Origin: a bacterium
GTDB lineage: Bacteria; Sysuimicrobiota; Sysuimicrobiia; Sysuimicrobiales; Humicultoraceae
Direction: 5' to 3'
Assembly: GCA_041497675.1 (NCBI GenBank)
Contig: JBGQGY010000011.1
Coordinates: forward strand, 1-49,627
Length of the DNA: 49,627 nucleotides
Of this stretch, positions 26,224-35,911 are shown in pieces. Every line of letters begins with the position of its first letter. Position 1 is the first letter of the stretch. A program made the translations under genes and the position numbers. A model generated the notes under the pieces. It searched no databases. It was not told where the DNA came from and saw nothing but the letters and a program-made list of their open reading frames with translations.

Positions 26224-28368
26224 ATGGCTCCCGCCTCGCCCGATCTTGCGGCCATCGTGAGACCCTCGACCGTCGCGGTGATCGGCGCCTCCCGCGACCC
26301 GGCAAAGGTTGGGCACGCGCTTTTTCGCAACATCCTCGAGGCGGGATTTACCGGCGCGGTCCATCCCGTCAATCCCTCGGCCCGCGCGATCGGCGGCGTG
26401 CGGGCGTATCCGTCGGTCCGGGACATCCCAGACCCGGTGGATCTGGCCGTGATCGTGACGCCGGCGCGTCTGGTGCCGGACATCCTCGACGAGTGTGGTG
26501 AAAAGAAGGTTCGCGGGGTCATCGTCGTCTCGGGTGGCTTCCGCGAAGTGGGGGGCGACGGGCGCCAACGCGAGGACATGGTGCGTGAACGGGTGCGGCG
26601 GTGGGGCTTCGCGCTGATCGGGCCCAACTGCCTCGGCGTCATCAATACCGATCCGCAGGTGCGCTTGAATGCCACCTTTGCGGCGCAGATCCCTGAAGCC
26701 GGGAACATCGGCTTCGTCTCGCAGTCCGGCGCGCTCACGGCCGCAGCGCTCGACTACGCGTGGACCAAGCGGATCGGTTTCTCGAAGGTCGTCAACCTCG
26801 GCAACAAGGCCGACGTGAACGAACTCCACCTACTCGACATGCTCGCGGCCGACCCGGCGACACGGGTCATCCTGCTCTATCTCGAGGAACTCACCGACGG
26901 CCGTCGCTTCATCGAGGCGGCCCGCGCCATCAGTGATCAGCAGCCGTCAAAGCCGATCGTGGTGCTGAAGGCCGGCCGGACGGCGGCCGGCGCGCAGGCA
27001 GTCTCCAGCCACACCGGTTCGCTGGCCGGAAGCGACGAGTTGTACCAGGGGCTCTTCGCGCAGGCCGGCGTGATCCGCGTCGAGAGCATCGAGGAACTCT
27101 TCGATCTGGCGTCGGCGGTCTCGCGCCAGCCGCTGCCGCGCGGCCGCCGCGTGGCGATCGTGACCAACGCGGGCGGGCCGGGCATCCTCGCGACCGACGC
27201 CTCGATCCGGCAGGGCCTCGAACTGAGCCGTCTGTCCGACGCCACGACCCGCAGCCTCCGCGCTGTCGTGCCGGCCGAGGCCAGCGTCGCGAATCCCGTC
27301 GACCTGATCGGTGACGCGGACAGCCGCCGGTACGACGCTACCCTCAAAGCCGTGCTGGGGGACGCCGGGGTCGACGCCGCGATCGTCCTGGTGGTGCGCA
27401 CCGCGTCGCTCGATGTCGAAGCCACCGCCGATGCGGTGGTGCGCCGGGCGCGAGATGGCGGCAAACCCGTGCTGGCGTCCTTCGTCGGCGCGCTGACCGT
27501 CACGGCCGGCGTGGCGCGTCTGGAAGAAGGAGGCATCCCGCACTACGCGTTTCCTGAGGCGATCGCGCGCACGCTCGGCGCGATGGCCCGCTACACCGCG
27601 TGGATCTCTCGGCCCCGCACCGGGTTTCGAACCTTCGACGACGTCGATCGCACCAGGGCGCGCGCGATCATCGACGGCGCCGGCCCCGGGTTTCTGCCCG
27701 AGGCGCGGGCGCTCGAACTGCTCGACGCCTATCGATTTCCCGTGCTGCCGTGGGCGACCGCGGCCAACCGCCGCGAGGCGGTCGAACGTGCGGCGACGAT
27801 GGGGTTTCCGGTGGCGATGAAGATCCGATCGCCCCAGATCATTCACAAGTGGGACGTCGACGGCGTGCGCCTGGGGCTGAAATCGCGGGCCGACGTGGCG
27901 GCGGCGTACGACGTGATGGTGGAGACGGTGCGCGCGCGCCGTCCCGATGCCACAATCGAGGGCGTGATGCTTCAGGCGATGGCCGGCCGCGGGCGAGAGG
28001 TGATCCTGGGGCTCAGCCGCGATCCGCAGTTCGGGCCGGTGCTGCTGTTCGGTCTCGGGGGGATCTATGTCGAGGTCTTGCGCGACGTCACGTTCCGTCT
28101 GGCGCCCATCCGGGAGTTCAGCGCGCACCGCATGATCGAAGACACGCGCGCGTCGGCGATCCTGCGCGGCGTCCGCGGCGAGCCCGCGTCGGATGTCGAC
28201 GCGGTCGTCACCTCGCTTCTGCGTCTCTCGCAGTTGGCCATCGAATGTCCTGAAGTGGCTGAACTTGACATCAACCCCCTCTTTGTCTACGCGCACGGGC
28301 AGGGCGCGGCCGTGGCGGACGCGCGGATCCGTCTGGCGCCGCCGGACCCGCGGGGCGGACCCGCGTGA
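26224..28368 (+). CDS. Acetate--CoA ligase (ADP-forming) family, fused alpha/beta
   Basis: VIGAS, GPNCLG, SQSGA, SHTGSLAG (phospho-His), TNAGG, NPVD, HKWD, ELDINPL. Confidence 0.92.
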   Translation: MAPASPDLAAIVRPSTVAVIGASRDPAKVGHALFRNILEAGFTGAVHPVNPSARAIGGVRAYPSVRDIPDPVDLAVIVTPARLVPDILDECGEKKVRGVIVVSGGFREVGGDGRQREDMVRERVRRWGFALIGPNCLGVINTDPQVRLNATFAAQIPEAGNIGFVSQSGALTAAALDYAWTKRIGFSKVVNLGNKADVNELHLLDMLAADPATRVILLYLEELTDGRRFIEAARAISDQQPSKPIVVLKAGRTAAGAQAVSSHTGSLAGSDELYQGLFAQAGVIRVESIEELFDLASAVSRQPLPRGRRVAIVTNAGGPGILATDASIRQGLELSRLSDATTRSLRAVVPAEASVANPVDLIGDADSRRYDATLKAVLGDAGVDAAIVLVVRTASLDVEATADAVVRRARDGGKPVLASFVGALTVTAGVARLEEGGIPHYAFPEAIARTLGAMARYTAWISRPRTGFRTFDDVDRTRARAIIDGAGPGFLPEARALELLDAYRFPVLPWATAANRREAVERAATMGFPVAMKIRSPQIIHKWDVDGVRLGLKSRADVAAAYDVMVETVRARRPDATIEGVMLQAMAGRGREVILGLSRDPQFGPVLLFGLGGIYVEVLRDVTFRLAPIREFSAHRMIEDTRASAILRGVRGEPASDVDAVVTSLLRLSQLAIECPEVAELDINPLFVYAHGQGAAVADARIRLAPPDPRGGPA

Positions 28369-29585
28369 AGGGCGTCGTCGCCGATATTTCCATCCCCAGG
28401 TATCTGGCCACCCGCGCCGCCGGCATGCTCTGGCAACCCGCGTTCTGGAGCGCCCTCGCGCCGATCCACCTGACCGATCTGCCGGAGCCACGGCTGCCGG
28501 CACCGGACTGGGTCAAGGTGAAGGTCACGATGGGCGGTGTGTGTGGAAGCGATCTGCACCTGCTGCTGCTGGAAGCGAGCCCGTCGGCCTCGGTGTATGC
28601 GTCGATGCCGTTTGTCGTCGGTCACGAAAACGTCGGCACCGTGGTTGAGAGTGGCTCGGAGGCCGGGGTGGCGGTCGGGGCCCGCGTCGTGGTCGAGCCG
28701 TTGCTCCCCTGCGTGACCCGCGGGTTCGCGGATCTCTGCGCGGCCTGTGCGCGGGGCGACTACAACTTGTGCAGCCGATTCACGGAGGGCGCGCTGGCGC
28801 CGGGGATCGCCCACGGCGCCTGCCGTGACGTCGGCGGGTCGTGGGGCGAGGTGATGGTGGCGCACCGGTCGCGTCTTGTCCCGGTCCCGGCGGCCGTGTC
28901 CGACGAGCAGGCCGTGATGGTCGAGCCGCTCGCGATTGCCGTCCACGCCGTGGCGCGTTTCGTTCCTGATGACGCGCGCACCGTCCTGGTGCTGGGGGCC
29001 GGGACGATCGGCTTGTGCGCGGTCGCCGCGCTGCGCGTCCTGCGGCCGGCGGCCCGCTGTCTGGTGCTGGCGCGCTACGCGCATCAGGCTGATCTGGCGC
29101 GGACGCTCGGCGCATCGGAGGTGGTGATGCCGCTGCGCGGCGGTCCGTACCGCGCGATCGCGGAACTGACGGGCGCGCGCCTGCTGCAGCCGCTGCTGGG
29201 CCCGCCAGTGCTCACGAGTGGCGTCGACGCGACGTTGGAATGCGTGGGATCCGCCCGAAGCATCGACGACGCCCTGCGCGTCACACGCGCCGGCGGCACC
29301 GTCGTGGTGGTCGGGCTGGCCGCGCTGCCCCGGGGCGTGGATTGGACGCCGATCTGGTTGCGCGAGCTGCGGGTGCAGGGCACGGCGTACTACGCGCAGG
29401 AACGCGTGGGCGACCGTACCGTGCGCTCGATGGAACTGGCGATGGAGATGCTGGCCTCGGGCCGCGTCGATCTCCGGCCCCTGATCACCCACCGCTTCCC
29501 GCTCACCGAATGGCGACAGGCGGTCGCGGTGGCGCTTGACAAGCGGCGGCACCATGCGGTCAAAGTGCTGCTGAAGCCCGCCTGA
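28365..29585 (+). CDS. Zinc-dependent medium-chain alcohol dehydrogenase family protein
   Basis: GVCGSD, GHE.VG, structural Zn Cys cluster (C..CAAC..C), GAGTIG; GTGA overlap. Confidence 0.9.
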   Translation: MKGVVADISIPRYLATRAAGMLWQPAFWSALAPIHLTDLPEPRLPAPDWVKVKVTMGGVCGSDLHLLLLEASPSASVYASMPFVVGHENVGTVVESGSEAGVAVGARVVVEPLLPCVTRGFADLCAACARGDYNLCSRFTEGALAPGIAHGACRDVGGSWGEVMVAHRSRLVPVPAAVSDEQAVMVEPLAIAVHAVARFVPDDARTVLVLGAGTIGLCAVAALRVLRPAARCLVLARYAHQADLARTLGASEVVMPLRGGPYRAIAELTGARLLQPLLGPPVLTSGVDATLECVGSARSIDDALRVTRAGGTVVVVGLAALPRGVDWTPIWLRELRVQGTAYYAQERVGDRTVRSMELAMEMLASGRVDLRPLITHRFPLTEWRQAVAVALDKRRHHAVKVLLKPA

Positions 29586-29682
29586 AATCCGTCGAGCGAC
29601 CCTTGCCCGGCGCGAAACGACGCGCTACCCTTGTCGGGGTGGCCATCAGGCCACTACTTATGTGTAGGGAGGCAGCAGGCGA

Positions 29683-30108
29683 ATGCGAACAGCATGGTTG
29701 GGTGTGACTGTAGCGCTCGTGGCGATGCTCGCGGCGGGGTGCGGCGGGAAGACGGCGCAGCAACCGCAGCCGACGCAGTCTCCGGCGGGGCAGGCGTCTC
29801 CGGGGACGCAGCCGTCAGGTCCCGCGGGCAAGATCACGATCGTGGGTAAGGACAACGAGTACGTACCTCTTACAGTAACGATCAAGGCCGGTCAGGAAAC
29901 CGAAATCCTCTTTAAGAATGTGGGCACGAGCGTCCACAATCTGATTGTGCAGTCCAGGGACGCGGCGGGACAGGACTTCCAGACCGACGTGGTCGTGAAT
30001 GCGAACCAGGACAGCACGTTCAAGGTCAAGATCGACAAGCCCGGCACGTATGTCATGCAGTGTACGTATCACCCAGAGATGAAGGGTGAGCTGAAAGTCA
30101 CGCAGTAG
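29683..30108 (+). CDS. Cupredoxin-domain lipoprotein
   Basis: Lipobox LAAGC, Gln/Pro linker, HNL and C-T-Y-H-P-E-M type-1 copper ligand pattern. Confidence 0.82.
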   Translation: MRTAWLGVTVALVAMLAAGCGGKTAQQPQPTQSPAGQASPGTQPSGPAGKITIVGKDNEYVPLTVTIKAGQETEILFKNVGTSVHNLIVQSRDAAGQDFQTDVVVNANQDSTFKVKIDKPGTYVMQCTYHPEMKGELKVTQ

Positions 30109-30122
30109 GTCGTGAGGCGTCC

Positions 30123-30506
30123 ATGGAGCATGAGGACTCGACGGCAGAGGTCGTCAGACGGCTGATCGCGGACGTCGCGCGGCTGATCCAGACCTACGGC
30201 CGCGAGATCCGCGCTCACGCGCGTGGCTTCGGGCGCGACATCGCGGTCGCCGCCGCGATGGTCGGGGCGGCCCTGGTGCTCGGGATCTTTGCGCTCGGTC
30301 TTGCCGTCGCCGCCATGGTATTGGTGGCCGCCATCTGGCTGCCGGCGTGGTTGGCCGCGCTGGTCGTGCTGGCGGTCATGATGGCCGCCATGGCATTGCT
30401 CGTGGGGTTCGCCGTGCGCCGCGTGCGGCGCCGGCGGGCCGCCTGGTCGGCGCGCGTCGAGGAGGAAGTACGGTGGCTGAAGAGCCTGTTTCCCCGGGAG
30501 AGTTGA
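30123..30506 (+). CDS. YqjE/phage holin superfamily III-like membrane protein
   Basis: STAEVVRRLIADVARLI..E N-terminus, two TM helices, basic C-terminus. Confidence 0.7.
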   Translation: MEHEDSTAEVVRRLIADVARLIQTYGREIRAHARGFGRDIAVAAAMVGAALVLGIFALGLAVAAMVLVAAIWLPAWLAALVVLAVMMAAMALLVGFAVRRVRRRRAAWSARVEEEVRWLKSLFPRES

Positions 30507-30778
30507 CGGCGCTCCACGCGCGGATCGGTGTCGACCTGGCGGAACTGCGACGCCGGTTGCGTCCCCCGCGAGTCGCCGTCCGCGCTGCGGCCGTACGGAA
30601 TCCTGCGCGCGTCGCGCGCGCGGCGGTCGAGACGCTCCTGGCCGTCCGCACAGCGCCCAGCGTGGCCGCCCGAGTGGGCGTCGCGCTGCTGGTTGTCGCC
30701 GGCGTGGCGGCCTTGCTGGCGCGCGGCAGGCTATCGGGTCGCGGCGAGGGGGTCTATAATGGGGGGCGGAGGGACTAA
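30473..30778 (+). CDS. Small hypothetical protein with C-terminal TM (DUF3618-like partner of holin-like gene)
   Basis: GTG with [21 protein letters not shown] helix and C-terminal hydrophobic segment. Confidence 0.5.
   Translation: MAEEPVSPGELTALHARIGVDLAELRRRLRPPRVAVRAAAVRNPARVARAAVETLLAVRTAPSVAARVGVALLVVAGVAALLARGRLSGRGEGVYNGGRRD
30755..30760 (+). promoter_or_regulatory. Probable -10 (TATAAT) for tatAC
   Basis: Perfect TATAAT 20 nt upstream of tatA ATG with GGAGGG RBS between. Confidence 0.5.
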
Positions 30779-30780
30779 CG

Positions 30781-30966
30781 ATGCCTAACGTGGGGATTGG
30801 CGAGTGGCTGATCATTCTCCTGATCCTGCTGCTCCTGTTCGGTGCCAACCGGCTGGCCGGTCTTGGATCCGCGGCCGGGAAGACGATCCGGGAATTCCGC
30901 AAATCGATGGCCGACGTTGAGGACGACGTGAAGGACGCGAAACCGACGAACAAACCTAGCGCGTAG
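30781..30966 (+). CDS. tatA: Twin-arginine translocase TatA
   Basis: [22 protein letters not shown]...GKTIREFRK. Confidence 0.93.
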   Translation: MPNVGIGEWLIILLILLLLFGANRLAGLGSAAGKTIREFRKSMADVEDDVKDAKPTNKPSA

Positions 30967-30982
30967 CGGCAGGTCACCAGGC

Positions 30983-31717
30983 ATGCACGACCGCCCGATG
31001 ACGATCGTCGAGCACCTTGAGGAGCTGCGCAGGCGGCTCCTCATCGTGTTTGCAGCTTTGGGCGTCGGGACGCTGCTCGGGTGGGCCGTGGCGCGCCGCG
31101 TGCTCGACTTTCTCATCGGGATGATGGGCATCGATCACGTCGTGTTCATGAGCCCGTCGGAAGGTCTCTTCGTACAAATGAAGGTGGCGTTTTTCCTCGG
31201 GGTCTTCATCGGTTTGCCCGTGATCCTGTATCAGTTCTGGTCCTTCATCGCGGTCGGGTTAACCCACACGGAGCGGCGCGGGGTGTTGATGCTTCTGCCG
31301 CCGTCCATCGTCCTGTTCCTGGCCGGCGCCTCTTTCGGGCTCTTCGTCATCATGCCGGTCGGGGTTCGGGTGCTGTTGTCCTACTCGACCGACCGGTTGC
31401 AGCCGCTGCTTGCCGTGGGCCCGACGCTATCGTTTCTGATGGCGTTTGTGCTGGCGTTTGGCTTTGTGTTCCAGCTCCCGATGGTCGTGGTATTCTTGGC
31501 GCAACTGGGCCTGGTCTCGCCCGCGACCCTGGCGGGCGGCCGGCGATACGCGATCGTGGGCATCGTGATCCTGTCGGCGTTTCTCACGCCGGGCACGGAT
31601 GTGGTGTCTCAGATGTTGATGGCCGTGCCGACGTATCTGCTGTACGAACTCAGCATCATCCTTGCACGATTCGTCGCCCCAAAGACCGTACCGCACGTTG
31701 AAGCCGCAGTCGAGTGA
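30983..31717 (+). CDS. tatC: Twin-arginine translocase TatC
   Basis: MTIVEHLEELRRRL, YQFWSFI..GL..E, FQLP, FLTPG.D, LYELSI. Confidence 0.95.
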   Translation: MHDRPMTIVEHLEELRRRLLIVFAALGVGTLLGWAVARRVLDFLIGMMGIDHVVFMSPSEGLFVQMKVAFFLGVFIGLPVILYQFWSFIAVGLTHTERRGVLMLLPPSIVLFLAGASFGLFVIMPVGVRVLLSYSTDRLQPLLAVGPTLSFLMAFVLAFGFVFQLPMVVVFLAQLGLVSPATLAGGRRYAIVGIVILSAFLTPGTDVVSQMLMAVPTYLLYELSIILARFVAPKTVPHVEAAVE

Positions 31718-31757
31718 ACGGCGGGTGCCGGCCCGCCTCTGGATCCGGGGGTGACAT

Positions 31758-32018
31758 GTGGCCCGTCGGGTGCGTAATCCCTGGTGGGTGTTGATCGGCG
31801 TCCTGCTGGCCGGCGGCATTCTTGGTCATTTGGTGGCGCAGGCGCTCGTCGGCTACCCGGCGTTGGGGCTTCTGACCCGCGAACTGCGGTTCGGTATCGA
31901 CCCGCCTTTCACGCTTGAGCTGCGTGTCGTCAGCGTCACCCTCGGCACGCTGGTCCGTCTCAACCTGGCCATGATCCTGGGCGTCGTGGTGGCGGTCTGG
32001 ATCTACCGCTTGTTGTAG
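31758..32018 (+). CDS. DUF4321-like small membrane protein
   Basis: GGILG...FGIDPPFTLEL.VVSVTLG..RLNLAMILG; typical position upstream of maf. Confidence 0.7.
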   Translation: MARRVRNPWWVLIGVLLAGGILGHLVAQALVGYPALGLLTRELRFGIDPPFTLELRVVSVTLGTLVRLNLAMILGVVVAVWIYRLL

Positions 32019-32032
32019 CGTCCAGGAGCGAC

Positions 32033-32041
32033 TGCTATACT
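32033..32041 (+). promoter_or_regulatory. Extended -10 (TGcTATACT) upstream of maf-radC-mre cluster
   Basis: TGnTATACT in the short intergenic gap before maf. Confidence 0.5.
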
Positions 32042-32080
32042 TTGCGCGATGTGGATGTTTCGGCTCCTGTAGGGGACCGG

Positions 32081-32698
32081 GTGCCGCATTTGGTGTTGGC
32101 TTCCGCCTCTCCCCGCCGGGCACAACTCCTCCGTCAGGTTGGCCTGTCGTTCGAGGTCTGGGCTGGCGCTCCTGAAGAGGAAACGCGGGGAGTCTTACCG
32201 GCTGGTCCGGACGGACTGGGTCCTGGGTGGACCCTTGAGGCCGTTCGGGCGCGCGCGCGAGAGGCGGCGCTGGGCAAAGCCCAGCCCGCAGCTGCCGCAC
32301 AACCGGACGCGGTGGTCATCGCCGCCGATACGGTGGTTGTCATCGACGGTGTCGTGCTGGGCAAACCCCGCACGCCGGCAGACGCGGAGGAGATGCTGCT
32401 GCGACTGTCCGGCCGCACGCACCACGTGACCACCGGTGTTGTCGTCGCCCACGGGCGCCGCGGGCTCACGCTTGCGGATGACTCCGTGACCGCCGTGCGA
32501 TTCCGGCCGCTGCGCCGGGATGAGATCCTCCGGTATATCGCCAGCGGCGAGCCGATGGATAAGGCGGGGGCGTACGGCATTCAAGGCCGTGCGGCACTGT
32601 TCGTCGAGAGGGTGGAGGGAGACTACTTCGGAGTGGTGGGTCTCCCCTTGGCGCCGCTCGCGCGGATGCTGGACGCTGCCGGCATCGCGGCGCTGTAA
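32081..32698 (+). CDS. maf: Maf/YhdE nucleotide pyrophosphatase (start uncertain)
   Basis: LASASPRR, AADTVV, LGKP, DKAGAYGIQG, VVGLPL. Confidence 0.93.
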   Translation: MPHLVLASASPRRAQLLRQVGLSFEVWAGAPEEETRGVLPAGPDGLGPGWTLEAVRARAREAALGKAQPAAAAQPDAVVIAADTVVVIDGVVLGKPRTPADAEEMLLRLSGRTHHVTTGVVVAHGRRGLTLADDSVTAVRFRPLRRDEILRYIASGEPMDKAGAYGIQGRAALFVERVEGDYFGVVGLPLAPLARMLDAAGIAAL

Positions 32699-32783
32699 GC
32701 GCCTTCCGCTCCGGTCCGACCGGCCGCCCCACGCGGGGCGGCGGCTCCTCGCAGGGCGCCGCGACAGGGTGATCGGACCCACG

Positions 32784-33476
32784 ATGATCAAGTGCCTTCC
32801 TCCCGAAGACCGACCCAGGGAACGCCTGTTGCGCGGCGGTCCCGATGGCCTCTCCTCGCCGGAACTGCTGGCCCTGCTGCTGCAGACGGGCACACCAACC
32901 GCTGACGTCTCCGATCTGGCCGGGCGGCTGCTCGCGTCGTTTGGATCGCTGGAAGCGTTGAGCCTGGCGCGCCCCGGGGAGTTGGTCCGCGAGAACGGGA
33001 TCGGGCCGGCCAAAGCCTGTGCCGTGCTGGCGGCGTTCGAACTCGGCCGCAGGGTCCGCCTGGCGCCGCCAGCCCGCCGGGCGGTCATTCGCACGCCGGC
33101 CGATGTCTCGGCGCTGGTGGGCGCGCAGATGCGTCACCTCGACCGCGAGCACTTTCGCGTGGTCTTGCTCAATACCCGGCACGAGGTCCTCGACGCGGTC
33201 ACGATCGCCGTGGGCGGGCTGGACAGCGCGCCGATCCATCCCCGGGAAGTCTTTAAGGAAGCGATCCGGCGGAGCGCCGCGGCTGTCATCCTGGTGCACA
33301 ACCACCCGTCCGGCAACCCTGAACCCAGTGGTGACGATCTACGGATCACGACCCGTCTTGCCGAGGCCGGACGGGTAGTGGGCATAGAAGTCCTTGACCA
33401 TCTAATTATCGGTGATGGACATTTCATCAGTTTGCGCGAGCGCGGCGCGTTGTCGGCCGGGGGACAGACCCCGTAG
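32784..33476 (+). CDS. radC: RadC (JAB domain) protein
   Basis: [37 protein letters not shown]. Confidence 0.95.
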   Translation: MIKCLPPEDRPRERLLRGGPDGLSSPELLALLLQTGTPTADVSDLAGRLLASFGSLEALSLARPGELVRENGIGPAKACAVLAAFELGRRVRLAPPARRAVIRTPADVSALVGAQMRHLDREHFRVVLLNTRHEVLDAVTIAVGGLDSAPIHPREVFKEAIRRSAAAVILVHNHPSGNPEPSGDDLRITTRLAEAGRVVGIEVLDHLIIGDGHFISLRERGALSAGGQTP

Positions 33477-33502
33477 CCGCAAGCCGCAGGGAGGATCTGG
33501 CA

Positions 33503-34546
33503 ATGCTGCTGGATGGGCTGCTGGGACGGTTCGGTCGGGATATGGGCGTCGACCTGGGCACCGCCAACACGCTGGTCTACGTGCGACGCGTAGGCATCGT
33601 CCTGCGTGAGCCGTCGGTCGTGGCCAAGCGTCTCGAGGACGGCCAGGTGCTCGCCGTGGGTGAGGCGGCCAAGCGGATGATCGGCCGGACGCCGGGCGAC
33701 ATCGTCGCCACGCGGCCGCTGCGCGACGGTGTGATTGCCGACTTCGACACGACCGCGCAAATGTTGCAGTACTTCATCAAGCGGGCCGCCAACGGCCGCA
33801 TGTGGATCCGGCCGCGTGTCGTCGTCGGCATCCCGTCGGGGTGCACCGAGGTCGAGAAGCGCGCGGTGATCGACGCCACGATTCAGGCCGGTGCCCGCGA
33901 CGCGTTCCTGATCGAGGAACCGATGGCGGCCGCCATCGGCGCGGGGCTGCCGGTGTCCGAGCCGATCGGCAGCATGGTCGTCGACATCGGGGGCGGCACC
34001 ACCGAGGTGGCCGTGATCGCGCTCGGCGGGATCGTGACCAGCAAATCGATCCGCGTGGCGGGCGATGAGTGCGACGAGGCGATCATCCAGTACGCGCGCC
34101 GCGCCTACAACCTGCTCATCGGTGAGCGCTCCGCCGAAGAGATCAAGATCGCGATCGGGTCTGCGTTCCCCGATCGGGAGGAGCGCTCGGTGGACGTGCG
34201 CGGGCGCGACCTGGTGTCGGGGCTGCCGCGAACCATCCGCATGACGAGCTCGGAGATCCGCGAGGCGATGGCCGAACCCGTGCAGGCCATCGTCGATGCC
34301 GTCAAACAAACGCTCGAGCGCACCCCCCCAGAACTGTCCGCCGATATCGTCGATCGGGGCATTATCTTGGCAGGCGGTGGCGCGCTGTTGCGAGGGATCG
34401 ATCGGCTGCTCGCGGAGGAGACCGGCATGCCGGTCTCACTGACGGAAGACCCGCTGGCGGCGGTCGTCATGGGCACCGGCCGTGTGCTCGAGGAGATCGA
34501 GACGCTGAAGAAGGTCCTGGTCACCTCGAAGCGGGGCCACGCGTGA
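33503..34546 (+). CDS. mreB: Rod shape-determining protein MreB
   Basis: [42 protein letters not shown]. Confidence 0.97.
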   Translation: MLLDGLLGRFGRDMGVDLGTANTLVYVRRVGIVLREPSVVAKRLEDGQVLAVGEAAKRMIGRTPGDIVATRPLRDGVIADFDTTAQMLQYFIKRAANGRMWIRPRVVVGIPSGCTEVEKRAVIDATIQAGARDAFLIEEPMAAAIGAGLPVSEPIGSMVVDIGGGTTEVAVIALGGIVTSKSIRVAGDECDEAIIQYARRAYNLLIGERSAEEIKIAIGSAFPDREERSVDVRGRDLVSGLPRTIRMTSSEIREAMAEPVQAIVDAVKQTLERTPPELSADIVDRGIILAGGGALLRGIDRLLAEETGMPVSLTEDPLAAVVMGTGRVLEEIETLKKVLVTSKRGHA

Positions 34547-34561
34547 GGGCATTGTGACACG

Positions 34562-35377
34562 ATGAGAGGACGGATCGCGCTCGCGGGGCTCCTGCTGGCG
34601 GCGGCGTTGATGCTGCTGACGCTGCAGGTGCGCCAGCCCGAGCGGCGCGCGGTCGGCCCGGTCGGCGCGGCGCTCCTGGCCGTGCTCGGTCCGGCGCAGA
34701 CCGGCCTCGCACGTGTGAGTGACTCGGTCGCGCGCCTCTGGCGCCTGTACACGGATATCGGCCGGTTGCGCATCGAGAACACGCGCCTGCGCGAGGACGT
34801 CGAGCGACTCGGGCAAGAGATCGCCCGGCTGCGCGAACAGGCACAGGCCACCCAGCGGCTCGAGCGGCTGCTGGACTTCCGCACGGCGACCGGCGGCCGC
34901 GCGATCGGCGCGCGGGTCATCGGCCGCGACACCTCGCAGTGGTTCGCGGTCATCCTGGTCGATCGCGGGTCGCGCGACGGGGTGCGGCGCAACGACCCCG
35001 TGGTCGCCGCCGAGGGGCTGGTCGGGCGCGTGCTGACCGTGAGCCCAACCACGTCGCAGGTCTTGTTGATCACCGATGCGCGCAGCGCGGTGGGCGTCGT
35101 GCTCCAACAGTCTCGCGAGGCGGGCGTCGTCGAAGGGCAGGGCCAGGCCGTCGTGCGTCTCAAGTATCTGTCGCGCGCCCGCGAGGTGACGATCGGCGCA
35201 GTCGTCATCACCTCGGGGCTGACCGGGCTGTTCCCGCGCGGCCTACCGGTGGGCACCGTCGTCTCGCTCATCCGCGAGCAGGGCGCGATCTATCAGGAAG
35301 CGCTGGTCGCCCCCGCCGTCAACCTCGACCAACTGGAAGAAGTCCTGATCCTGGCCGAAGGTCGGAGCGACCGATAG
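34562..35377 (+). CDS. mreC: Rod shape-determining protein MreC
   Basis: N-terminal TM, coiled coil (EN.RLR), GLVGRV, TSGL.GLFPRGLPVG. Confidence 0.93.
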   Translation: MRGRIALAGLLLAAALMLLTLQVRQPERRAVGPVGAALLAVLGPAQTGLARVSDSVARLWRLYTDIGRLRIENTRLREDVERLGQEIARLREQAQATQRLERLLDFRTATGGRAIGARVIGRDTSQWFAVILVDRGSRDGVRRNDPVVAAEGLVGRVLTVSPTTSQVLLITDARSAVGVVLQQSREAGVVEGQGQAVVRLKYLSRAREVTIGAVVITSGLTGLFPRGLPVGTVVSLIREQGAIYQEALVAPAVNLDQLEEVLILAEGRSDR

Positions 35378-35901
35378 TGGTGCGGCCGTTGATGCTGTTT
35401 GGGTTGCTCTTCGCGGGGATCGCCGTCGACGGCGCGTGGCTCTCGCGCGTGCCGTGGGGGCTGGCGCCGGATCTTGTTGTCCTGGTGTTGATCTCGGCGG
35501 CGGTGCGCGGCGGGCTCCCAACGGGCGCCGTGCTCGGCGTGACGGCCGGCTACCTGCGCGATCTCGCCGGCGGCACGCCGCTCGGGGTCTACACGTTCGC
35601 GTACCTGGTCGTGGGGATCGCTGCGGGTTCGATGATGACGATGCTCGATTTCGAACAGCAGATGGTGCCGGCCGCCACAGCGGCCGTCGCGACGATGCTG
35701 GTGTCGCTGCTCACCGGCGTCGTGGTCGTTGTGACCGGTCTGGCGACGGTCGATTGGCTCGAACTGCTCAGGAGCGGCGCGATCGCCGCCGCCATCAACG
35801 CCGTGCTCGCCCGGCCGATGGACGCGCTCGTGCGGGGAGCGGAGCGCGCGGCACGCCGGCGGCACCCGGCCAAACCCATCGCCTACCGGGTGTTTCGGTG
35901 A
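35377..35901 (+). CDS. mreD: Rod shape-determining protein MreD
   Basis: Hydrophobic; PDLVVLV, GYLRD, PLGVY; between mreC and mrdA. Confidence 0.88.
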   Translation: MVRPLMLFGLLFAGIAVDGAWLSRVPWGLAPDLVVLVLISAAVRGGLPTGAVLGVTAGYLRDLAGGTPLGVYTFAYLVVGIAAGSMMTMLDFEQQMVPAATAAVATMLVSLLTGVVVVVTGLATVDWLELLRSGAIAAAINAVLARPMDALVRGAERAARRRHPAKPIAYRVFR

Positions 35902-35911
35902 GGACCGCCCG

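Noticed and set aside
30123..30506. Holin-like gene as evidence of a prophage
   Set aside because: YqjE-type family is common in chromosomes; no phage genes or att sites nearby
32711..32742. Two short GC-rich inverted repeats between maf and radC
   Set aside because: No U-tract; 6-8 bp GC stems are expected by chance at this GC content
32784..33476. radC as a mobile-element marker
   Set aside because: Full-length chromosomal type in the standard maf-radC-mreBCD context
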